From IMG/VR virus record IMGVR_UViG_3300039305_000013, positions 1-37,424 of that record: DNA of 37,424 nucleotides. One strand, written 5' to 3'. Position numbers and translations under genes: made by a program. The DNA is from a virus (taxonomy: Duplodnaviria > Caudoviricetes). The notes under the pieces were generated by a model. The model saw nothing but the letters and a program-made list of their open reading frames with translations, had not been told where the DNA came from and did not search any database. Every line of letters starts with the position of its first letter. Within the stretch, counting starts at the first letter, position 1. Shown here piece after piece: positions 1 through 9,301 of this stretch.

Positions 1-171
1 ATGACGGACCAGCTGGAACTCTTCGCATGGGCCGAACGCCCGAAGGAAGGTGCCGTTATCATCGACGCGCTTCCGAAGATCCTCGCCAAAATCCGAATCG
101 AGCAGGCGTTCCGCATCCCTCGGCCGCGCGGCGGTGCGGTGGTGCTGCAACTTCAGAGGAGGGCGGCTTGA
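1..171 (+). CDS. Small phage hypothetical protein (56 aa, MTDQLELFAWAERP...LQRRAA)
   Basis: Translated by hand: ATG at 1, TGA at 169-171, phage-like codon usage. Not in the ORF track. Confidence 0.6.
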   Translation: MTDQLELFAWAERPKEGAVIIDALPKILAKIRIEQAFRIPRPRGGAVVLQLQRRAA

Positions 172-191
172 TGTCCTGTCTTTCCCTCGAC

Positions 192-416
192 TCACAATGG
201 ATGTCGGTCGATCCCAAACATCCATCTCGTCCGCCATTCCCCGTCGCGTCCCCGTACAAGGACTTGGGACCTATAGCCGCGACCGCCTGCGACATGTGCT
301 GCATTCACAGCCGCTTTGAGAGCGATAGTCTTAGTATTGCACGCGAAGTCTCTATCCCCAAATCGAATGTTCCAGTGTGTCCCATCCTTGGAGACATAGT
401 AGTCGGCAGTAGCCAT
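192..416 (-). CDS. DUF2188-like small protein
   Basis: YYV..DG..W.I and QVLVRGRDGEWRT pattern; GAAGGAG RBS upstream of the ATG. Confidence 0.6.
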   Translation of the reverse strand: MATADYYVSKDGTHWNIRFGDRDFACNTKTIALKAAVNAAHVAGGRGYRSQVLVRGRDGEWRTRWMFGIDRHPL

Positions 417-493
417 TATCGCTCTCCTTCAACATCCACTGCGATAGTGCGCCTTACGGTTGTGAAAGTCGAGCCGGTTTCCAGAGGTGCCGC

Positions 494-940
494 ATGAACT
501 TGGTCGACATCAAGCCCGGCCAGTGGGTGCTGGCCTTCCATGAACCCTATGGCCCGCACCAGAACACGATGGCCGACCACCTCGCGATGTTCGTGCACCG
601 CGGCGGCGGCTGGGACAGCCATCGGCCGAGCGAGATCCTGCACGTCTATCACGTCGTGAAGGTCGGGCCGAAGACTTACCAGATCGACGACGACCTCACC
701 GCCAACTCTCAGGCCTACGCGAACTCGCGCCAGCATCGGTATCTAGTCATCGCCGCCAGTGACCGCCGGCAGGACATGCTTGAACTGCGGGACAAATTCT
801 TCGCGATCGGCGAGGGCACCAGCAACCGTATCGAGGCCGAGATGCACCGGCGGGTGCAGAAGTTCGCCGAGCGCGAGGAGGCCAAGGCGCTGAAGAAGAT
901 CCACCAGTGCCTGCCGCACATTTTCGGAGGTGAGCAATGA
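494..940 (+). CDS. Phage hypothetical protein
   Basis: GAGGT RBS, GC3-rich codons, ATGA overlap with the next gene. Confidence 0.75.
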   Translation: MNLVDIKPGQWVLAFHEPYGPHQNTMADHLAMFVHRGGGWDSHRPSEILHVYHVVKVGPKTYQIDDDLTANSQAYANSRQHRYLVIAASDRRQDMLELRDKFFAIGEGTSNRIEAEMHRRVQKFAEREEAKALKKIHQCLPHIFGGEQ

Positions 941-1119
941 ACGTCATCCCCTTCAAACCAAAGAACAGCCAGATCGAAGCGGCCGTGGCGGCCGAGCGCC
1001 GCCGGTGCTTGGACATCATTGAGGAAATGGCAGCGCTCGCTCATGCCATGACTGCTCACCAGGCGCTTTGCCAAGCTCACAAGTTGATCGTCACCGCATC
1101 GGAAGGGAAATCAGCATGA
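937..1119 (+). CDS. Small phage hypothetical protein
   Basis: GGAGGT RBS; ATGA overlaps at both ends. Confidence 0.65.
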   Translation: MNVIPFKPKNSQIEAAVAAERRRCLDIIEEMAALAHAMTAHQALCQAHKLIVTASEGKSA

Positions 1120-1307
1120 AAAAGCGCCTTTATCTCAAGGCCGCAGCAGTAGGTGTTGCCGGAGCCGTCGCAGCGAATGCGATCCTCTTCGGCCTGTCCG
1201 CAGCGGTCTATCTGCTGCACTTACCCTCAACGGTATACTTCCTCGCTGTCAGTACACTGGCGTTCTCCGTCGGTATCGGGTGTGCGGCCTACAGCCACCT
1301 CCGGTAG
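1116..1307 (+). CDS. Small membrane protein (2 predicted TM helices)
   Basis: ATG at 1116 overlaps the previous stop; hydrophobic sequence MKKRLYLKAAAVGVAG... Confidence 0.55.
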   Translation: MKKRLYLKAAAVGVAGAVAANAILFGLSAAVYLLHLPSTVYFLAVSTLAFSVGIGCAAYSHLR

Positions 1308-1454
1308 ATGGAGCGGGAAAGGCAACGGCGGTCCGAGGGGCCTCCCGGCTTCGTCGAGGCAGAGGTCTTTGCGCCCGAGGAGGGACGCTCATGATCCTCC
1401 TGAAAATCCTGAAACTGAAGCTCTCCCTCTGGCGCCGCCGAAAGGATGTTCCGC

Positions 1455-2348
1455 ATGGCACTCTATAAGAACTACGCCAAGAAGGTCTCGCGCCCGGCCC
1501 AGCCCTTCGGCGTGCGCCAGGTGGCTACCGGCACCCATATCTTCTGCGACGGCGCCTGCGAGCCCAATCCAGGCGCTGGCGGTTGGGGCTTCGTCGTCTA
1601 CCTCGAGGGTAACGAGATCTTCCACGCCCGCGGCGGTGCTGTCGAGGCCACGAACAACACGATGGAGCTGACCGGGATGCTGGAGGCGCTCCGCTGGATG
1701 AAGCGCTCGGTGATGCTCAGCCGGCCGGTGACGATCTGGTGCGACAGCATGTATGTCGTCAACGGCTGCAATGACTGGCGCCACAAGTGGAAGAAGCAGG
1801 GCTGGAGCCGGAAAGGGCAGAGTGCCAAGCCCGGCAATGGCGCGCTCGCCAACGTGGACCTTTGGAAGGCGATCGACGAGCTGCTAAACCAATGCTCGGC
1901 CGTCACCATCAAGTGGGTGAAGGGCCACAACGGCACGGCCGGCAACGAGCGGGCGGACAAGCTGTCGAACGAGGGCAGGGCCATGGCTCTTGCGGCCGCC
2001 GGCGTCGAGGACACGGTGGAGGTGGAGGATCACCTCACTGCTGAATATCGGCAGATCATGGGGCAAGGGGATCTTCTGACGGAGGGGCGGCCAGTGCGCA
2101 TCGTTGAGCAAGAGCTCGCGGTTGCCGACGCGGAGTATGATCGGCTGGGCGAGCGTCTGGCAGATGCCGAGGCGGACCAGGGTATAATTCTGGAGGCGCT
2201 GGAAAGCATGCTGCGCGCCGTCTGTGGGGAGACCGGTTTCGCAGCCGCAGTTCGAACCGACGCCGGCAAGGCCTATCCGTGGCCTGCCTTGGACGTGGCC
2301 GAGCAGAAAGCACGTGCCGCCCTCGAAGCCATCCGGCGCGCGAGGTGA
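1455..2348 (+). CDS. rnhA: Phage ribonuclease HI with C-terminal extension
   Basis: RNase HI motifs IFCDGACEPNPGAGGWG, TNNTMEL, CDSMYV, ANVDLW and WVKGHNG..GNERADKL. Confidence 0.9.
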   Translation: MALYKNYAKKVSRPAQPFGVRQVATGTHIFCDGACEPNPGAGGWGFVVYLEGNEIFHARGGAVEATNNTMELTGMLEALRWMKRSVMLSRPVTIWCDSMYVVNGCNDWRHKWKKQGWSRKGQSAKPGNGALANVDLWKAIDELLNQCSAVTIKWVKGHNGTAGNERADKLSNEGRAMALAAAGVEDTVEVEDHLTAEYRQIMGQGDLLTEGRPVRIVEQELAVADAEYDRLGERLADAEADQGIILEALESMLRAVCGETGFAAAVRTDAGKAYPWPALDVAEQKARAALEAIRRAR

Positions 2349-2351
2349 GCA

Positions 2352-2777
2352 TTGAGACGCGCCCCCAACGGCATCAACGTGCACCGCTTCCTCGAAGGAT
2401 ACGGGGTGAGGGTGCTGCCCTATCGCCTGAAGCGCGATCCGCGGCCGGCCAACGTCGTCTATGGCGGCCGTGAGATCGTGCGGCTGATCCGAAAGGACGA
2501 GGACAGGGCAGGGCTGGTGATCCGCTGCATCCAGGCGAGCAACCCGATCTGCTTCGACGATGTCTATCTCTGGTCAGTCTGGCGATTCCTTGCCGTCCAT
2601 TTCAGCCAGAGCGCGGCGAGGGAAGCGATCGAGGCCTTCTCACGCGTTGATCTAGCCGAACTCAGAGAAACCGCTCAGCGGCTCGCTATTGGAGACGGCG
2701 GGGCTCTGGCGAAATCAACATCAGCAATCAGCATCGAGTTGGCGCGCGCCATTCTTACAGAGGAACATGCGGCATGA
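2352..2777 (+). CDS. Phage hypothetical protein
   Basis: TTG start after GAGGT; ATGA overlap with the next gene. Confidence 0.7.
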   Translation: MRRAPNGINVHRFLEGYGVRVLPYRLKRDPRPANVVYGGREIVRLIRKDEDRAGLVIRCIQASNPICFDDVYLWSVWRFLAVHFSQSAAREAIEAFSRVDLAELRETAQRLAIGDGGALAKSTSAISIELARAILTEEHAA

Positions 2778-3400
2778 CGAAGAGCACGGCAATGACAGCG
2801 GCGCAGGGGATGATCCTGGAGCGCCTTATCGAGGCCATGGAAACGGACATTGCGCTGCCGGTCCGGGTCGGGCCGAAGCAGTTCGGATCATCCATGCCTG
2901 ACTACATCCACACGCCCAGCGAGATCTTCGCTCGAGAGCGCGAGGATTGGGCCGAGACGGCAGGCCAGCGCACCGCTTACGAGCGGAAGGCTGTGCAGGC
3001 TCAGCTAGAACGGCGCAGGCGCTGCTCGGCCGACAGGATCAGTCGCATGGAAGAGGCGTTCGGGTGGGTTCGGCACTTCATCTTCGATGAGGAAGCCCGC
3101 CAGGTCCTGCTTGCTTATGCCGAGGTGAAGGCGCGGGAATGGGACTGGAGCCGCTATCTGAACTCGCGGAACAAGCGCAATCCGCGGAAAAAAGCATGGG
3201 CTAAACGAACGGTTTACCGGTGGATTATCAGGTCAATACAATTGATTGAGGCCGGAATTTCCCAGAGAGGACCGCTCTGGCCCGCCCAGGCGGATTTACA
3301 TGTGGCACACGGAAGGGCAAAACAGCCTGGCAAATCGATATCGTCGGATTTGCATGCGTGGACGGCTCCCGATGAAAATCCCGCTCTAAGGCGGCTGTAG
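2774..3400 (+). CDS. Putative late-gene regulator (position equivalent to lambda Q)
   Basis: Last co-oriented gene before the late region; ISRMEEAFGW helix and a basic HTH-like segment (KRTVYRW). Function inferred from position. Confidence 0.5.
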   Translation: MTKSTAMTAAQGMILERLIEAMETDIALPVRVGPKQFGSSMPDYIHTPSEIFAREREDWAETAGQRTAYERKAVQAQLERRRRCSADRISRMEEAFGWVRHFIFDEEARQVLLAYAEVKAREWDWSRYLNSRNKRNPRKKAWAKRTVYRWIIRSIQLIEAGISQRGPLWPAQADLHVAHGRAKQPGKSISSDLHAWTAPDENPALRRL

Positions 3401-3477
3401 ATCCGGGGCGTCCTCAACGAAATCGGCTAAGACCCGAAGTATTTGAAAGGGCTAGCAGAATCCTTTAAGGTGGGATT

Positions 3478-3506
3478 TTGTCACCTTTTTGCGATTGGGA
3501 TATAGC
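3478..3506 (+). promoter_or_regulatory. Candidate sigma70 late promoter (TTGTCA-N17-TATAGC)
   Basis: Near-consensus -35/-10 with 17-nt spacing, just downstream of the putative late regulator. Confidence 0.4.
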
Positions 3507-3617
3507 GTTGGATCGAAGCTTGCCGCCCTGTCCACTAGACGGAACGAGCGCGGGGGCATCCTGATCACAAAGAGGCATAGGCGCGGACGATCATCAGCGT
3601 AGACCGCGCGAGAACCA

Positions 3618-3974
3618 TCACTTTGCAGTGAAGCCCACGCGATAAGGCTTCTCTTCAAGCTTCGGCATGGAGAGCAGCACAACGCTCATCTGGGTGTGGT
3701 GCTGCATAAGCTGGACAATGTTCCCGTCTGAATCTTTGCCGAGGAAGATCAGGATATCAGGGTTGGAGTAGCTGATCTGGCGGAGGTGAAATGGAGGTGC
3801 GCCTCCACCAATTACCTGGACGCCCAGTTCATAGTCCTCGGGTAGCCTGTCCTGGTGCGCCTCGATCATCTGCAGCATACGCTCATACATGTATTCGGCG
3901 GGGTTTTCTTCCCTGGCTGCAACCGCTGCAATGTTCCGGCTAGGTTGTTCCGTTGCGTTAACAAGTTCGTGCAT
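3618..3974 (-). CDS. DUF6173-like protein (moron)
   Basis: YERM..IEA...LP.DYELG, I.YSNPD.LIF.G and QLMQH.TQ.SV.L patterns. Confidence 0.65.
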   Translation of the reverse strand: MHELVNATEQPSRNIAAVAAREENPAEYMYERMLQMIEAHQDRLPEDYELGVQVIGGGAPPFHLRQISYSNPDILIFLGKDSDGNIVQLMQHHTQMSVVLLSMPKLEEKPYRVGFTAK

Positions 3975-4115
3975 GCTCGGCTTCCCGCTTGTGTTGGCCC
4001 GCCCCGGTCTTAGAACGCAGGACTTGAGTGATTGTGCCGGATGCTGTTGTCTAAGAGTTGCAATTCACTACGCCATCCTTCAGTCCTAGTTTTTGGTTTG
4101 AATGGAGAGGTTGAG

Positions 4116-4598
4116 ATGAGAGTTGCGGCATCGATCACGCTGCTGGTGGTATGCATGGCGCTTCCCGCCGCCGCTGGAGAGATCACCGGACGAGCGTCCG
4201 TCGTCGACGGCGACACCATTGAAATTCGTGGCGAGCGCATTCGCTTTGACGGAGTCGACGCGCCTGAAAGCAAGCAGATTTGCAATAATGCAGCTGGGAG
4301 GCGCTACCGTTGCGGCCAGGTGTCAGCGACTGCGCTGGACGTGTTCCTGGAGAAGTCACGCCCGGTGACGTGTCAGACAACGGGCAAGAGCTACGATCGC
4401 ATCGTGGCTGTCTGCAGGCGGGCGGATGGTGCCGAAGTCAATAGTTGGCTGGTAGCGAATGGCTTTGCCGTCGATTGGCCGAAATACTCGAATGGCAGAT
4501 ATGCGGCCCAGCAGAAGCGCGCGAAAGGTGCAAAGCTGGGGATTTGGGCCGGTGAGTTCGAAATGCCCTGCGCTTATCGCGGCCGGGCTTGCAACTGA
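4116..4598 (+). CDS. Secreted thermonuclease (SNase-like) family protein
   Basis: Signal peptide; VVDGDTI, RIRFDGVDAPE, YDRIVA, LVANGFA and AKLGIWAG motifs. Confidence 0.9.
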   Translation: MRVAASITLLVVCMALPAAAGEITGRASVVDGDTIEIRGERIRFDGVDAPESKQICNNAAGRRYRCGQVSATALDVFLEKSRPVTCQTTGKSYDRIVAVCRRADGAEVNSWLVANGFAVDWPKYSNGRYAAQQKRAKGAKLGIWAGEFEMPCAYRGRACN

Positions 4599-4630
4599 AG
4601 TAACAGCTCCCTCCCGAGGAGACCACAGAG

Positions 4631-4659
4631 AGCCCGCTTCCGGAAACGGAGGCGGGTTT
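4631..4659. terminator. Hairpin between convergent genes
   Basis: AGCCCGCTTCCG-GAAA-CGGAGGCGGGTT stem-loop. Confidence 0.65.
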
Positions 4660-4685
4660 ACTGTTCGCGCATCCTTGTTATCGCT

Positions 4686-5168
4686 TCAAGGCCACGGGGA
4701 AGACGTGACCGTTATGCCAGCATCACTGATATACTGGTCAAAGTCATAGCTGGATTGCAGCGCGTTCAGGAGCCTCCAAATATCGGCCTGCCGCTGGGGA
4801 ACGCTCATTGTCTTATTGCTCGGCAGGGGAAGGCCGCAACGCGCGCCATCCACCAGCACCATGAGCGATCGGAGCACGGGTCGGCCGTTGTAGAGAAAGT
4901 CTATCCAGACGGAAGATGCGCTCGGGTCAGGGAAGTTTTTCGTCCATGGCTCTTGGAAGTTCTCTCTATGAGAAAGACCAAACGCGATGGATATGCGGAG
5001 ATCCTCTTTGTAGCTAAAGACGGTGTGGTGCCCCTCAACCTCGAGCCACCTACTTCCATCGCTGGAGGACGTTTGTTCAAGGTGTTGCAGGAATGATGGA
5101 CTATGGACGGTTGTCCAGTCTCCGACGTTGCTGGCCTGAACGGTGTTTAAGAAATCATCTAGTCTCAC
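4686..5168 (-). CDS. Hypothetical protein (moron, 160 aa)
   Basis: GTG start at 5168 preceded by GGAGG; codon usage unlike the structural genes. Confidence 0.65.
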   Translation of the reverse strand: MRLDDFLNTVQASNVGDWTTVHSPSFLQHLEQTSSSDGSRWLEVEGHHTVFSYKEDLRISIAFGLSHRENFQEPWTKNFPDPSASSVWIDFLYNGRPVLRSLMVLVDGARCGLPLPSNKTMSVPQRQADIWRLLNALQSSYDFDQYISDAGITVTSSPWP

Positions 5169-5189
5169 TTGATCCTCCGTGGTTTTGCT

Positions 5190-5303
5190 ATGCCAGTCCT
5201 CAAAAACGCCCCCCACGAGAAGTTCGCTCAGGCGCTCGCTCAGGGCATGCCAGCAACCGAAGCATATGGTCAGTTGGACTTCAAGTTCGGCTATGGCGGC
5301 TAA
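5190..5303 (+). pseudogene. Truncated remnant resembling the N-terminus of a terminase small subunit
   Basis: 37-aa ORF MPVLKNAPHEKFAQALAQGMPATEAY..., like the L.N.RHE.FAQ...G....EAY HTH of TerS proteins. Confidence 0.55.
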
Positions 5304-5313
5304 GGTGGATTAG

Positions 5314-5682
5314 ATGGGTCGCCTCCGGACGCTTAAGCCGCAGCTCGCCACCATGCCGCCACGTCTAGGCCCCGCGCCTGGTGACGAGAAGGCGAGGGAC
5401 CGGGTACGGCGTGAGACGCAAGAGTATCGGGCTTGGTACAAGACGAAGCGCTGGGAACAGCTACGTTGGGAGATCCTGAAGCGAGACCGTTTCACCTGCC
5501 AGCAGACCGGAGTGCTCTGCACCGCCAAGGCACCAGCACCGCATAGCCCGGTCGTTGACCACATCCGCCCGCACCGCGGCGATCCTGATCTCTTCTGGGA
5601 TCCATCGAACCTGCAGTGCGTAAACAAGGCCTACCACGATAGCGAGAAGCAGAAGGAAGAGCGCAAGGACCACAGACGTTAG
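5314..5682 (+). CDS. HNH endonuclease (terminase-associated, HK97 gp74-like)
   Basis: RD.FTCQ, VVDHIRPHRGD..LFWDPSNLQ and YHDSEKQ motifs; lies before terS. Confidence 0.9.
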   Translation: MGRLRTLKPQLATMPPRLGPAPGDEKARDRVRRETQEYRAWYKTKRWEQLRWEILKRDRFTCQQTGVLCTAKAPAPHSPVVDHIRPHRGDPDLFWDPSNLQCVNKAYHDSEKQKEERKDHRR

Positions 5683-5710
5683 AGTTCGGACCAACGGCAA
5701 CTATGTAGCC

Positions 5711-5875
5711 ATGGTCAAGATCGATGGCGAGGATAAGGGAACGGTGGGTCCGGGACCTGCCGTCGAGCGGCCGTTCAACATTCCCCATGGCGGCGTCCAT
5801 ACCGTCGAGATTGAGGAGCGAGCCGCGACTGAAGCCGAGGTCGAGGCGCTGAAGGCAGGTCAGGCGGCGATCTGA
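5711..5875 (+). CDS. Small hypothetical protein (MVKIDGEDKGTVGPG...)
   Basis: Translated by hand; GC3-rich codons. The frame stays open upstream but has no earlier ATG/GTG start. Confidence 0.45.
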   Translation: MVKIDGEDKGTVGPGPAVERPFNIPHGGVHTVEIEERAATEAEVEALKAGQAAI

Positions 5876-5883
5876 CCGAGGAA

Positions 5884-5956
5884 GAGGGGGGCGGTCGAAA
5901 GTTCGGGAGGCGTTTTCCGGCGGACCCGCGTCCCCCTCATTCGCACAATTTTTTTG
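5884..5956 (+). other. Putative cos packaging/cleavage region
   Basis: GGGGGGCGGTCGAAAGT...GGACCCGCG...CGCACAATTTTTTT between HNH and terS, as in 3'-cos HK97-like phages. Confidence 0.6.
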
Positions 5957-5976
5957 GAGCAGCGTGAATTTCAGCC

Positions 5977-6384
5977 ATGGCCGGAAACAAAAACAGCGGA
6001 CGCCCTGAGTATGCGCCGACTGACGACGAGCGCGAGAAGGTTCGGGTTCTCAAGGCCGGAGGCATGTCTAATGAAGCGATTGCGGAAGCGGTTGGCATAT
6101 CAGAGCCAACGCTGCGCAAGCATTTTTCTTCGGAGCTTGATCGCGGCTCGGCAAAGGTGCGGGCGGACCTGCTGATGGCGCGCTATCGATCGGCGATGGG
6201 CGGCAACGTGGCGGCTCAGAACAAAATGATTGAGCAGGTCTCGGCGGCCCAGGTGCAGGAGAAGCGCGCACCGAAGGCTCAGAAGCTCGGCAAGAAGGAA
6301 GAGCAGAAGCTGGCCGCGCAGAACGTTGGCGGGCGGTTCGCGCCTCCCTCGGCGCCAAAGCTGGTGGTGAGCAACGACAAATGA
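5977..6384 (+). CDS. terS: Terminase small subunit
   Basis: GRP motif and HTH (IAEAVGISEPTLRKHF..EL); overlaps terL. Confidence 0.85.
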   Translation: MAGNKNSGRPEYAPTDDEREKVRVLKAGGMSNEAIAEAVGISEPTLRKHFSSELDRGSAKVRADLLMARYRSAMGGNVAAQNKMIEQVSAAQVQEKRAPKAQKLGKKEEQKLAAQNVGGRFAPPSAPKLVVSNDK

Positions 6385-8066
6385 GCTGGACGACAGCTTG
6401 CCCCGATTGGGAGAGGCGGATTATTGCGGGGGAGAGCCTCGTTCCGTTCGAGCCGCTGTTCCAGGACGAGGCTGATGCTGCGCTATCGGTGTTCAAGTCG
6501 CTGCGCATCGTAGATGCTCCGGGGAGCCCGAGATTCGGCGAGGCGTGCGAGCAGTGGGTGTTCGACTTCGTCGGCGCCATCTTCGGCGCCTATGAGCATG
6601 AGACGGCGAAGCGGCATATCCGTGAGTTCTTCCTGCTGATCTCCAAGAAGAACTCCAAGTCCACCATTGCGGCGGGCATCATGATCACGGCGCTGATCCG
6701 CAACTGGCGGCACTCCGCTGAGCTGCTGATCCTGGCGCCGACGCTCGAGGTGGCGAACAACAGCTACAAGCCAGCCGCGGACATGGTGCGGGCGGATCCG
6801 GAGCTGCAGGACCTCCTGCACATCCAGGACAACTTCAAGCAGATCACCCATCGGCTGACGCGGGCGACGCTGAAGGTGGTGGCTGCAGACACCGACACGG
6901 TCGGCGGCAAGAAGGCTGCCTTCGTTCTCGTCGACGAGCTCTGGATTTTTGGTAAGAAGCCGAACGCCGATGCCATGCTGCGGGAGGCGACCGGCGGCCT
7001 CGTCTCGCGGCCGGAAGGGTTCGTGATCTATCTGTCGACGCAGAGTGACGCGCCGCCGGCGGGCGTGTTCAAGGCGAAGTTGGATTACTTCAGGGACGTG
7101 CGCGATGGCGTCGTTTCTGACCGCAAGAGCCTTGGCGTGATCTATGAGTTTCCGAAGGCCATGCGGGAGGCAGAGACCTATCTGAACCCGCAGAACTTCT
7201 ACATCACCAACCCGAACATCGGGCGCTCCGTGAGCCAGGACTGGCTTGAAGAGGAGATGGTGAAGGAACTGGCCGGCGACGGGGACACCATGCGCACCTT
7301 CCTCGCCAAGCACCTGAACGTCGAGATCGGCATGAACCTGCGGGCCAATCGGTGGCCGGGCGCCGATTTCTGGGAGGGCAGGGCAGACGAGACGATTGAC
7401 CTCGAATCGCTACTGCACCGCTCGGAGGTGGTCGTGGTCGGGATCGACGGCGGCGGGCTGGATGACCTCTTCGGCCTGACTGTCATTGGCAGAGAGAAAG
7501 GCAGCCGCGACTGGCTGAGCTGGTCGCATGCCTGGTGCCACAAGGGAGTGCTGGAGCGGCGCAAGGCTATTGCCTCGAAGCTGCAGGACTTCAAGAAGGC
7601 GGGCCTGCTGACGATCGTCGACGACGAGCTCGATGACATCTCAGGGATCATCGAGATCATCTCCGACATCAAGGCACGTGGTCTGCTCGCCTCCGTGGCC
7701 GTGGACCCGGCGGGCCTCGGCGAACTGATCGAGGCACTGGCCGAGATCGAGGTGACGCAGGAGGCCGGCAATCTCATCGGTGCTCCTCAGGGCTATGCCA
7801 TGATGAACGCGATCAAGACAGCCGAGCGGAAGCTTGCGAACGGCACCCTCCGTCACGCGCCCTCGGCCTTGATGGACTGGTGTGTTTCGAACCTGAAGAT
7901 CGAGCCGACCGCCACTGCCATCCGCGCAACGAAGCAGAACGCGGGCGACGCAAAGATAGACCCGGTGATGGCGCTGTTCGATGCCGTCACCGTCATGAGC
8001 AGAAACCCAGAAGCACCGGGGGCCGGCATGGATGATTACTTCAAGAGTCTGGCAGGTGCCGCGTGA
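6381..8066 (+). CDS. terL: Terminase large subunit
   Basis: Walker A ISKKNSKST, Walker B VLVDELW, nuclease motifs GIDGGGLDD and KIDPVMA. Confidence 0.95.
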   Translation: MSWTTACPDWERRIIAGESLVPFEPLFQDEADAALSVFKSLRIVDAPGSPRFGEACEQWVFDFVGAIFGAYEHETAKRHIREFFLLISKKNSKSTIAAGIMITALIRNWRHSAELLILAPTLEVANNSYKPAADMVRADPELQDLLHIQDNFKQITHRLTRATLKVVAADTDTVGGKKAAFVLVDELWIFGKKPNADAMLREATGGLVSRPEGFVIYLSTQSDAPPAGVFKAKLDYFRDVRDGVVSDRKSLGVIYEFPKAMREAETYLNPQNFYITNPNIGRSVSQDWLEEEMVKELAGDGDTMRTFLAKHLNVEIGMNLRANRWPGADFWEGRADETIDLESLLHRSEVVVVGIDGGGLDDLFGLTVIGREKGSRDWLSWSHAWCHKGVLERRKAIASKLQDFKKAGLLTIVDDELDDISGIIEIISDIKARGLLASVAVDPAGLGELIEALAEIEVTQEAGNLIGAPQGYAMMNAIKTAERKLANGTLRHAPSALMDWCVSNLKIEPTATAIRATKQNAGDAKIDPVMALFDAVTVMSRNPEAPGAGMDDYFKSLAGAA

Positions 8067-9301
8067 GCGTTGTCGACAAGATCAAGAGCGCGATCGTGCG
8101 CCGCCTGACGGTGCGGCAGCCGGATGGCTGGTATCCGGACGGCATGCGAGGCGATTCAGGCGAGGTGGTCACGGATGAGACGGCGCTGTCGCTCACGGCC
8201 GTCTGGGCGTGCGTGAACCTGCTGGCCGGCACCATCGCCAGCTTGCCACTCATGGTTTATCGCACCGATGCGCAGGGACGGCGGACGGTTGCGCGGGATC
8301 ACAGGCTCTATCGCGTGCTGCACGACAGCCCGAACTACGACCAGACGGCAGTTGACTTCTGGGAATTCATCGGTTCCTCGCTGGAGCTTTGGGGCAACGC
8401 CTATGCCCGAATTGAGCGCAGTGACGGCCAGGTGATTGGCCTCTTCCCGATTGCGCCGCAGCTAGTGACGGTCCGCCGTAGGGCCAATGGCACCCTCGAA
8501 TACCGCTGGAGCGAAGACGGGAAATCCTATGTCGAGACTGACCAGACGATGCTGCACATCCGCGGCTTCGGCGGCAATCCGCTCGGCGGCATGTCTACGC
8601 TGCACTTCGGGCGACAGTCGTTCGGCCTCGCGCGGGCCGTAGATCGGTCGGCGGCTGCGACCTTCAAGAACGGGATGCGCCCCTCGGTCCAGATCTCATT
8701 CACTGGCTGGCTGACGCCGGAGCAGCGGGCGATTGCCGAGAAGCAGCTGGCGGATCGGTATATCGGCGCCATGAACTCGGGACGCCCATTTATTGCCGAG
8801 GGTGGGGCAAAGGCCGAGGCCCTTTCGATGAACCCGGAAGACGCCCAGATGCTGGAAAGCCGCCGGTTTTCGATCGAGGAGATCTGCCGCATCTATGGCG
8901 TGCCGCCGCACATGGTCGGCCATACCGAGAAGTCGACCAGCTGGGGAACTGGCCTAGAGCAGCAGACCCTGGCCTTCCAGAAGTTCACTCTGGCGCGTCG
9001 CACGAGCCGCATCGAGCAGGCGCTGGAGAAGCAGCTGCTGACTCCGCAAGAGCGGGCGGCCGGTATCACCATCGAATTCAATATGGAAGGCCTCCTGCGC
9101 GGCGACAGCGCGGGCAGGGCGACCTTTTACCAGACCATGACGCAGATCGGCGCCATGACGATTAACGAAGTTCGCGCGCTCGAAAACCTGCCAGAGGTCG
9201 AGGGTGGCGACGTGCCCCGTATGCAAATGCAGAACGTGCCGATCACTGAGGCCGGCCAGCAGCCGCAATTGCCGGCGCCGAACAAGGAACAGGCTCCATG
9301 A
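8063..9301 (+). CDS. HK97-family portal protein
   Basis: AVWACVNLLAGTIASLP, GNAY and EICRIYGVPPHMVG motifs. Confidence 0.95.
   Translation: MSVVDKIKSAIVRRLTVRQPDGWYPDGMRGDSGEVVTDETALSLTAVWACVNLLAGTIASLPLMVYRTDAQGRRTVARDHRLYRVLHDSPNYDQTAVDFWEFIGSSLELWGNAYARIERSDGQVIGLFPIAPQLVTVRRRANGTLEYRWSEDGKSYVETDQTMLHIRGFGGNPLGGMSTLHFGRQSFGLARAVDRSAAATFKNGMRPSVQISFTGWLTPEQRAIAEKQLADRYIGAMNSGRPFIAEGGAKAEALSMNPEDAQMLESRRFSIEEICRIYGVPPHMVGHTEKSTSWGTGLEQQTLAFQKFTLARRTSRIEQALEKQLLTPQERAAGITIEFNMEGLLRGDSAGRATFYQTMTQIGAMTINEVRALENLPEVEGGDVPRMQMQNVPITEAGQQPQLPAPNKEQAP

Noticed and set aside
455-482. Possible EcfG promoter for the DUF2188-like gene (GGAAAC...CGTAA on the minus strand)
   Set aside because: Both elements and the spacing deviate from consensus.
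1391-1468. 25-aa ORF MILLKILKLKLSLWRRRKDVPHGTL
   Set aside because: It has a plausible RBS and overlaps rnhA, but is too short to support as a gene or toxin peptide.
5660-5710. Possible lost start codon (AGG for ATG) extending the 5711 ORF with TTDVRVRTNGNYVA
   Set aside because: Suggestive but untestable without homologs.
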